Shown: positions 19,405 to 26,225 of the stretch, one piece after another | Layout of the letters: each line of letters starts with the position of its first letter | Position numbering within the stretch: the stretch's first letter is position 1 | Assembly: GCA_016839765.1 (NCBI GenBank) | Contig: JAEOTP010000056.1 | Span: 1-26,225, forward strand | From: Promethearchaeota archaeon | GTDB taxonomy: Archaea; Asgardarchaeota; Lokiarchaeia; Sigyniarchaeales; SOKP01 | Direction: 5' to 3' | DNA length: 26,225 nucleotides | Made by a program: the position numbers and the translations under genes | The notes under the pieces: model-generated | What the model was told of the DNA's origin: nothing | Databases searched by the model: none | What the model saw: only the letters and a program-made list of their open reading frames with translations

Positions 19405-19436
19405 ATCTTGTAAGGTAAATCTTTGTTACAAGATGA
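19401..19436 (+). promoter_or_regulatory. Eukaryote-like SECIS element (AUGA-N12-AA-N16-GA)
   Basis: AUGA 19401-19404; perfect 9-bp stem ATCTTGTAA (19405-19413)/TTACAAGAT (19426-19434); apical AAA 19417-19419; GA 19435-19436. Lies directly 3' of two Sec genes. Confidence 0.75.
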
Positions 19437-19463
19437 CGAACCATAAAGCAATGGTTTCGGGAA
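19433..19463 (+). promoter_or_regulatory. Second SECIS-like hairpin overlapping the first
   Basis: AUGA 19433-19436; stem CGAACCAT/ATGGTTTCG with one bulge; loop AAAGCA; GGAA 19460-19463. Confidence 0.55.
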
Positions 19464-19541
19464 AAAAAATTTTAAAAAACATAACTATTTATTTTTAATT
19501 TCCTAAGTTTGAAATCCTATTAATAATATAATAAAAGGGGT

Positions 19542-19556
19542 GTAAAGCTTTTTAAA
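19542..19556 (+). promoter_or_regulatory. Putative archaeal BRE/TATA promoter
   Basis: GTAAAGC followed by TTTTTAAA, about 85 nt upstream of the 19642 gene. The AT-rich background limits certainty. Confidence 0.3.
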
Positions 19557-19641
19557 CCCGTAATTCTAGATTAATCCTAATTTAATTTCTTATGAAATAA
19601 AATTAAAATAAAATAAAATTTAAAAAAAAAAGTGAAAAAAG

Positions 19642-20298
19642 ATGGGTGAAGCTCCTAAAGGAGAAATTTCAGCATCAAAAGTGATTGCCTTCATTGGAAT
19701 GCTATTCACAGTTTATTTTGCTATGATTTTTTTTTATAACGTTACTCTTTTCACAGGAATATTTGTACTTTGGGGAATAATCTGTCTATTGATTGCATTC
19801 TTAATCTTTATTACTTTAGGACTAATTAGTTTTGGACCTTTAAGCAAAATAACTTATCAATGGTGGATACTACTTATCTTTGGAGCAGTTTTAGTGTTAA
19901 TCGCATACTTTTATATAAGCTATTATTTACCTGCTATTCTAATTTTGATGGCAGCCGTCATTGAACTGATAATGCAAAAGAAACCTTATAAAGCTTCCAA
20001 AATGGTTGCAATCGTAGGCGCTGGTTTTGCAGGGTATGAATGTGTAGTATTGATGTTATCTGGAATTACTTTATATATTGTAAATGCTGTTTTCGGTTTG
20101 ATTCTAATCATTATTCTACTTCTGCTTATTTTTGAAGTAGTAGATTTCAAAATCTTTAATTATTCTTGGTGGGTTGTTTTACTAATAGGATTCGTTATCT
20201 TTACTTGGATATCACCATATGCTGCCGGTTATCCAGTCCTTGGTTATGGAGGAATGATCATTTTAATAGCCTTTATACTCATATTAATGGCATTCTAA
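19642..20298 (+). CDS. Hypothetical polytopic membrane protein with internal duplication (about 2x4 TM)
   Basis: Highly hydrophobic; repeated motifs ASKVIAFIG/ASKMVAIVG and YQWWILLIFG/YSWWVVLLIG. Confidence 0.8.
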   Translation: MGEAPKGEISASKVIAFIGMLFTVYFAMIFFYNVTLFTGIFVLWGIICLLIAFLIFITLGLISFGPLSKITYQWWILLIFGAVLVLIAYFYISYYLPAILILMAAVIELIMQKKPYKASKMVAIVGAGFAGYECVVLMLSGITLYIVNAVFGLILIIILLLLIFEVVDFKIFNYSWWVVLLIGFVIFTWISPYAAGYPVLGYGGMIILIAFILILMAF

Positions 20299-20319
20299 AT
20301 CAATTAATTAATCAATTAA

Positions 20320-20340
20320 TTTTTTTTTTATTTTTTGTTT
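20320..20340 (+). terminator. Putative oligo-T archaeal terminator
   Basis: T10 and T6 runs about 20 nt after the stop codon. Confidence 0.4.
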
Positions 20341-20421
20341 CATACAAACTGATTTTACAAGTAATTTTTAATTTTAAAATTAATTAATAGAAATATTAAT
20401 CTAGACTATTGTGAAATGTAA

Positions 20422-21729
20422 ATGGGTAAAAATATACTTGCAAATACTGAAAATCAATTTTTAAAGGCTGAAAAACTATTCAAAGCCAGACAATTTAAGA
20501 AAGCTGCAAAAAATTATTACTCTGCCGGGAATAAATTTTTAAACTTGGATAAATATGAAGAAGCTATAATTAGTTTTATTAATGGCGCAAATTCATTTAT
20601 AGAATTGGATAGAATCCAGTCAAGTTTGGATTTATTAAGAATGGCAGGGGATACTTCCTTACTTAACGACGATTACTTAAAGGCGAATGAAATTTTTAAA
20701 AAGGCAGTAGAATTCATCCCAAAATTGAGAAGCAAAGGTGCTCGGAATAATTATTATGTATTATTTTCTGTTCTTTCTTATTTATGCTTATTTACGAAAG
20801 TAAAACAAGAAGAGGGGCTAAATTTTATTAAAAAATTACAGAACAAAGTTGAGAGTTCTTATTTCAAAGAACATCCTTTAATTGTTCTGGTTACTGAATT
20901 GACAATTTGCTTACGCGATGAGAATCCAAAATATATGGAAAAAATTCAAAATAATCTTCATAATTATGAATTCAGTGATGCTGAATTAAAATTGATGAAA
21001 GAAATTCTTTTTATTGTGAATCTACAACTTTCTTTAAAATCAGAATTACATTTGGACAAGGAATTATATACTACAAAGGAGAATATTAGTTTAAAAGTAA
21101 TTGTTGATACCAAACCTTTATTACCAGTTACCCAAAACCCTTTTTTTAACTATGGAATTGAGAAATTTGAAATAATCAAAATTAACCTCCATTTATCAGA
21201 CAATTTAAGTTCAAGTAGGAAACCGGTGATTCCTTTTGATTTGGAAATTGGGAAAACCCATGAACTAGATTTTATAGTTAAACCCCATTTTCAGCTTGAT
21301 AATCCTTTTATAGGACCTTTATCTTTAACATGTGAAATAAATAATAACTTAATATTTATCTATGAAACAGTAGAAGTTATACCAAACCTAATTTCACCAC
21401 CTCCAACTCTGGAAATTTCTACAAAAAATTTGAGACCTCCTCTTATAGAACAGACTTTTCCATTAGAAATCCTAGTACAAAATCAAAGTCAGGGTGAAGC
21501 ATTGGATGTAAATATTGATGCTGAATTTCCTGAGCAATTAAAATTAATGCGAGGTACAACAACTAAAAAAATTTATTCATTGAGATCAAATGAAGAAATC
21601 AGATGGGAAGTAAATCTTAAGCCACTTGAAGCAGGAGATTATGTTGTTAAACTTATAATTAAGTTTAAAGATCCAGATCAAAATCTCATAGAAGAGACTA
21701 AAGAATTCCCCATCTCGATAAAGTTATAG
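20422..21729 (+). CDS. Hypothetical protein: SNAP/TPR-like alpha-solenoid plus C-terminal Ig-like beta-sandwich domains
   Basis: Helical repeats (FKKAAKNYYSAG, YEEAIISFINGA, YLKANEIFKKA), then beta-rich segments (FPLEILVQNQSQGEALDVNI, WEVNLKPLEAGDYVVKLIIKFKD). Confidence 0.7.
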   Translation: MGKNILANTENQFLKAEKLFKARQFKKAAKNYYSAGNKFLNLDKYEEAIISFINGANSFIELDRIQSSLDLLRMAGDTSLLNDDYLKANEIFKKAVEFIPKLRSKGARNNYYVLFSVLSYLCLFTKVKQEEGLNFIKKLQNKVESSYFKEHPLIVLVTELTICLRDENPKYMEKIQNNLHNYEFSDAELKLMKEILFIVNLQLSLKSELHLDKELYTTKENISLKVIVDTKPLLPVTQNPFFNYGIEKFEIIKINLHLSDNLSSSRKPVIPFDLEIGKTHELDFIVKPHFQLDNPFIGPLSLTCEINNNLIFIYETVEVIPNLISPPPTLEISTKNLRPPLIEQTFPLEILVQNQSQGEALDVNIDAEFPEQLKLMRGTTTKKIYSLRSNEEIRWEVNLKPLEAGDYVVKLIIKFKDPDQNLIEETKEFPISIKL

Positions 21730-21769
21730 CTTTCTCAAATAATTTGGAAAGTAAAAGAAATATTTGAAA

Positions 21770-22909
21770 TTAAATTAAAATAGGATCTTCAGGATTGTAG
21801 GTTACTTGTTCACATTTTGTTTTCCCTATAATCACATCATCTTCTAACCGGATTCCCCATTTACTTATCCAATATAGACCGGGTTCATTTGTATATACCA
21901 TATTTTCTTTAAGAGTATACGTTTCTGGAATATTCCTATTTATTCTTGCACCAATATCATGGGCTTCAAACCCTAATGAATGTCCAAGTCCATGGAAAAA
22001 TAATTTCTCGTGATCATAACCTTTTTCTGCTAAATATTCACGACATTTCTTCGCTGGAAGATAATTGGGAGTCCCATCTATAAAATATTCATTGGCAATT
22101 TTCTTTGAATCGTATAGAACTTTATAAGCTTGAAGAAACTTGTCAGCTGGATTATTTCCGACCCAAAAAGTCCAAGTTATATCAGAACACATCTCATCTA
22201 TTTGTAAACCAGTGTCAATTAATAACACGCCTGGCTCAATCTTTTTATTTGAAGTATTATGGTGAGGGTCTGCTGAATGAGGGCCTGTTCCCACAATAGT
22301 TTCGAATGCTATTTTCCCTAATTTCATATACTCATATTCTATTTTAGCTCTTACTTCTTTTTCACTCATTCCAACTTTTACAAATTCCGGCATAGCTTCT
22401 AATATCTCAAGTGTAGCTTTACAGACATTTCTTAAATCCTTTAACTCCTCAGAAGATTTAATACTTCTGAGTTCATGTATAATCGGAGCTGCGGATATAA
22501 ATTCTGTCTTCGGTGCTAAATCTTTTATAGAAAAATAATCTCCAGCACGGATATAATCAGCTTGTGAAGTGCCATACTCGTTTAGGACATTTTCACCAAA
22601 ATTTAGGGCAATTCGAGATTTATTAACGATTGGCGTTAATAATTTTATTAACCCATTTAATGATCTATAAGGGATCACTTCACATTTTATACTTCTCTGC
22701 TTCAATGAGCTCTCAATCATAGCAACTTCCATTTCAACAGAAAAAACTTTATGGTTTCCACCAGCATCTACATATATATAATGGCGAGCATGTGATCCAA
22801 CTCCTAACAAGAATCTAGAATTGATATCACTATCCTCATTACAAATAATTAACCATCCATCAGCATTAATTTCCTTAAGAATTTTCTGAGCTTTTTCAAA
22901 TTTATCCAT
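21770..22909 (-). CDS. M24 family Xaa-Pro aminopeptidase/prolidase
   Basis: ADPHH, LIDTG, CSDITWT, FHGLGHSLG, TNEPG and GIRLEDDV metal ligands; creatinase-like N-domain. Confidence 0.92.
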   Translation of the reverse strand: MDKFEKAQKILKEINADGWLIICNEDSDINSRFLLGVGSHARHYIYVDAGGNHKVFSVEMEVAMIESSLKQRSIKCEVIPYRSLNGLIKLLTPIVNKSRIALNFGENVLNEYGTSQADYIRAGDYFSIKDLAPKTEFISAAPIIHELRSIKSSEELKDLRNVCKATLEILEAMPEFVKVGMSEKEVRAKIEYEYMKLGKIAFETIVGTGPHSADPHHNTSNKKIEPGVLLIDTGLQIDEMCSDITWTFWVGNNPADKFLQAYKVLYDSKKIANEYFIDGTPNYLPAKKCREYLAEKGYDHEKLFFHGLGHSLGFEAHDIGARINRNIPETYTLKENMVYTNEPGLYWISKWGIRLEDDVIIGKTKCEQVTYNPEDPILI

Positions 22910-23021
22910 ATTTCAAATAATTTAATGCTCTTTATTTAACTTTATCAATTAATTATTTGTATTTTTGAAAACTCTTTAAGATTTCCAAGAAGTAAGAAAA
23001 AAAAAATTTAGAAGTTTTTAT

Positions 23022-25931
23022 TTACACCATCCAACCAAAAAAGAAAACTTTTCGGCCTATTCCTATGGAAAGTCCATTCTTAGTAATGGTTAACTTAAAC
23101 CACCCAAGTTCATTCTCTCCTTTATAGCATTCCCTTCCTTTGGAAATTTTGTAATAAACAATTTCCCATGATACACGCACATCATTAATTTTGAAATCTA
23201 TTACATTTTCATTAATGTATATAGCAATTTCTCCGTATATTTTCATATTATTTATGTATAATTTACCCGTTCCCAGAAGCATTCTACGACTCATTAACCA
23301 ATCATATGTGGGTTTGCTTACTTGTAATTCAGAATATTCACCAGCATAGACATCTAGATGACCATAATTCCATAAATATATTCCTGTAAAATCAGGATTT
23401 GTAATACCATGTCTAAAGGGACCCCAATAAGCAAGCCCAAATAGTTCACTCGTAAAAGCAAGCAATGGAACATCAATCTCGCTATAATGATCATCAAAGT
23501 CGTATGTGACGTAAGGACAATTATCCCAATTAGAAATAGCACTACTTTCAAGACCTAATCTTGAAGGCCAGTACCTATCAAACGTAGCATCTATGTGTAT
23601 CATTACGCTTGGATCTCCATATCCCCCAGTAATATTACTCACGACACCTTCTCCCCATGCCATATATATCATAAATGCAGCCCATTCAGAGATATTAGCC
23701 CATGGTAATCCTGTAAGAGGATTAATAGCAGGAGAAACTGGATTTCCAGGTGGAAATTCTGGAGGGGCACCAGGGTTCTCATCAGCGTATTTTAATGCGA
23801 ATATAGATCCTGGAGAACTACCAACTTCAAGATACCAATTCCCTGTCGCTATCATTCCAGCTATCATAGCAGGTAAGTCGAAAGTATTTGTGACTAACTC
23901 GGGATATTTTGTCCCGGTTCCACCATCTCTTAATATAATCCCTTTTAGATCTTCTTGCCAATACATTGAAGCATAGTTCATTGCTGCACTTCCACCAAAA
24001 CTCTCACCTGCCAGATAGATTCGCTTGACTCCTGATATTATTTTTGCTAGTTCCACAGCTTCCTTTATATCACTAATCCATGTGTCCCAGCCCCATTCTG
24101 CCATGAAAGCAAGATCCTCTGGTTCTAAGTATAGATTTACAAAATGGGTTCTATAATCGATAGCATATACATCAAAACCTCTATTAGCAAGATAATATGC
24201 ATGACTATGTTTCTCATCCATAGTCCACTTATCCTCAGGTGGATTTGAGATTAGTTGCTCACCATTGCTCCATGTTCCAGGTAAAATAAAAACGACTCCT
24301 TTTGGTTCAATACCCGCTTTCACAACTCTGCGCAAACCAATTTTGTCATAAGGGCCATATGGAGGCCTTTTCATTTCCCAAACATACTCCTGCAAATCAG
24401 GATAAAGCTTAACATCTCTACCGTCATGTAATTTAGTCCATTTCAATAAAGAAGGAGAAGTTTTGTCAAGATTCTTAATAATATCAATGAACATATTAGT
24501 TGTAGGTACTAGCTCCTCTTTTGCTATTGTATCAAGGGTATCATACTGAGTGAACTGGGGAGCATTATGTGAAATAAAATTAATAGTAGGAATTCCAATT
24601 GCATGGAATTTTCCTCCCTCCCCTGGAACAGCAAAAGCTCCTGGTAAACAAGACGTCCGTTCCATATCATTTTTTACAATTGCTTCAGATGCGTAGGACA
24701 AGAGGTATTCATTTGCTGATAGAAAGGGTCCTGATAGGAACATTCCTCTTGGAGCAACTAGTCCAGTTTCAAAAAATTCTCCACCCTCTATCTTAATTTG
24801 CTTACCAATCATCTCAATATTTATAGCACATGCCACTTTAGGCAATGAGTTGTATACATGACAATTATACTCATTCCAAGATGCCTTTTTGCCAAAATGA
24901 CTTCCGAAACAATAGAATAATAATGTTTTTTCTCTATGATGTTTAGGAATTCGAGAGAAATATTTAGCTAAAGCCATAACTATCGAGGTCCCTGAAGCTT
25001 CATTAGTTGCCCAACCATCATGATGTGTTAAAATAACAATTATATCGTCTGTCTCTCCGGGTAAAGTTCCATAAACGTTATGAGTAAATCCAGAGCTACT
25101 TTCCCCTGTTAAAATTATAGTTGCCTCCTTTGGACCAGCTTCTAATAGTTCTTTTAGGTGATTACCCTCATTTGGACTCACAGTCAGTCCAGGGAGAGAT
25201 CCATCACCATACCAATGTAGGTACTGATTAACGTGGTCAGCCATACAAGTCAAAATACCAACATAACCTACAGCTCCATAAGTATTGGCTAAACTATAAG
25301 ATTCATCCAAGTTGTCTAAAGGCCAATTTTCGGTAGCCATTGGATCATCAGCAAAAGTATCATCTGGATCCCATTCAAACAAAATAAAAGGTTTAAGAAA
25401 TGCTCTAGGCCATGGAGCGCCAATAATGTCTACAAGAACGATCTTACCTTCAATCCCAGCAGTTTCGTTCGTAACATGGAATTCATCATCTGACCCCGTC
25501 CCTACATAAACCATCTCAGCCTTGATACCTTCTGAGTCAGTGAAATTTGCATAACGTAAGAAATAACAAGGTATATCTTCATCTTCATCTTCTAAATGCA
25601 TTTTTAATTTCCATTGTTCTGGTTCACATAAATCTGCAGGTACAGGTTCCATGTGTGTATCTTTTAGTCCAAACTCCTTAAATTTTTGGTAAATATAACT
25701 CGCTCCTTTTAATTCTGCATCTGTCCCAGGCATTCGGTAGCCATATTTACCATCAATGCCTATTTGATAAATATCCTCAGCCCATCCAAAAATTTGATCC
25801 TCAGAAGGTACTTTGGGTTTACACCATCTGCAATATCCATGATCATAAGAAACCACCATTGTTGGAAGGATACAAAACCCTAACACTAAAAGGAGAACCA
25901 GTGTATAATTCTTAAGATTTTTAGTTTTCAT
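23022..25931 (-). CDS. Secreted multidomain hydrolase: signal peptide, M28-like peptidase with PA domain, alpha/beta-hydrolase and small C-terminal domain
   Basis: N-terminal K-rich plus hydrophobic signal. M28/PA features: RMPGT, AEMVYVGTG, IEGKIVLV, HNVYGTLPG, THHDG. Hydrolase features: FILPG, RGFDVYAIDYR, GESFGG, YGHLD. Confidence 0.82.
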   Translation of the reverse strand: MKTKNLKNYTLVLLLVLGFCILPTMVVSYDHGYCRWCKPKVPSEDQIFGWAEDIYQIGIDGKYGYRMPGTDAELKGASYIYQKFKEFGLKDTHMEPVPADLCEPEQWKLKMHLEDEDEDIPCYFLRYANFTDSEGIKAEMVYVGTGSDDEFHVTNETAGIEGKIVLVDIIGAPWPRAFLKPFILFEWDPDDTFADDPMATENWPLDNLDESYSLANTYGAVGYVGILTCMADHVNQYLHWYGDGSLPGLTVSPNEGNHLKELLEAGPKEATIILTGESSSGFTHNVYGTLPGETDDIIVILTHHDGWATNEASGTSIVMALAKYFSRIPKHHREKTLLFYCFGSHFGKKASWNEYNCHVYNSLPKVACAINIEMIGKQIKIEGGEFFETGLVAPRGMFLSGPFLSANEYLLSYASEAIVKNDMERTSCLPGAFAVPGEGGKFHAIGIPTINFISHNAPQFTQYDTLDTIAKEELVPTTNMFIDIIKNLDKTSPSLLKWTKLHDGRDVKLYPDLQEYVWEMKRPPYGPYDKIGLRRVVKAGIEPKGVVFILPGTWSNGEQLISNPPEDKWTMDEKHSHAYYLANRGFDVYAIDYRTHFVNLYLEPEDLAFMAEWGWDTWISDIKEAVELAKIISGVKRIYLAGESFGGSAAMNYASMYWQEDLKGIILRDGGTGTKYPELVTNTFDLPAMIAGMIATGNWYLEVGSSPGSIFALKYADENPGAPPEFPPGNPVSPAINPLTGLPWANISEWAAFMIYMAWGEGVVSNITGGYGDPSVMIHIDATFDRYWPSRLGLESSAISNWDNCPYVTYDFDDHYSEIDVPLLAFTSELFGLAYWGPFRHGITNPDFTGIYLWNYGHLDVYAGEYSELQVSKPTYDWLMSRRMLLGTGKLYINNMKIYGEIAIYINENVIDFKINDVRVSWEIVYYKISKGRECYKGENELGWFKLTITKNGLSIGIGRKVFFFGWMV

Positions 25932-26225
25932 TAGATTTTCCCTTAATTTTTTATTTTTTAAAATTGTTCTAATAGGTTTTTAAGTTAGATTTAGCACCAC
26001 AATATGATTTGATGGGAAAGTATTTAAAACTTTACATCTAAACCTAGTTCTAAATAATCCAATGTTTACTGTTATCTCTGGTTAATTATTAGAAATTTTT
26101 TTAATTAGAAAAGCAAATATTAAAGCCATAACTAATATTTATTTATCCCGATTTTATAGTTATATTAATTATAATACAATAAATTAAAATCATGAAGCTA
26201 AAAGTAAAAAAAGTAAATTATGAAA

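Noticed and set aside
20298-20321. Tandem 12-mer AATCAATTAATT x2
   Set aside because: Two copies of low-complexity AT sequence; not CRISPR or an iteron.
20166-25509. Shadow ORFs 20166-20387, 22105-22299, 23354-23551, 23593-23976, 24599-24796 and 25312-25509
   Set aside because: Nested in or antisense to real genes.

Overview
AT-rich archaeal chromosomal window, most consistent with Asgard archaea (Lokiarchaeia-like; inferred from gene content and the SECIS type). In order it holds a four-subunit 2-oxoacid:ferredoxin oxidoreductase operon (delta-alpha-beta-gamma) and a divergent CCG-domain/LutB-like pair. Next come an operon of DSD1-type PLP enzyme, RidA and split UxaA/SuyAB-family lyase, then hisS. 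An Fe-S/heterodisulfide block follows (Mrp/Nbp35, NifU/IscU, FdhB/FlxD-like, HdrB, HdrB fragment, thioredoxin, ferredoxin), then pyrF. The key feature is missed by the ORF track: an hdrA-mvhD(vhuD) operon in which each gene has two in-frame TGA codons at conserved Cys positions (four selenocysteines). It is followed by eukaryote-like SECIS hairpin(s) whose AUGA core contains the mvhD stop codon. The right end encodes an internally duplicated membrane protein, a SNAP/TPR-like plus Ig-like protein, an M24 peptidase and a secreted fusion of an atypical M28/PA domain with an alpha/beta-hydrolase. Several Fe-S genes lack a canonical start codon where homology requires one. No CRISPR, rRNA, tRNA or mobile element was recognised.
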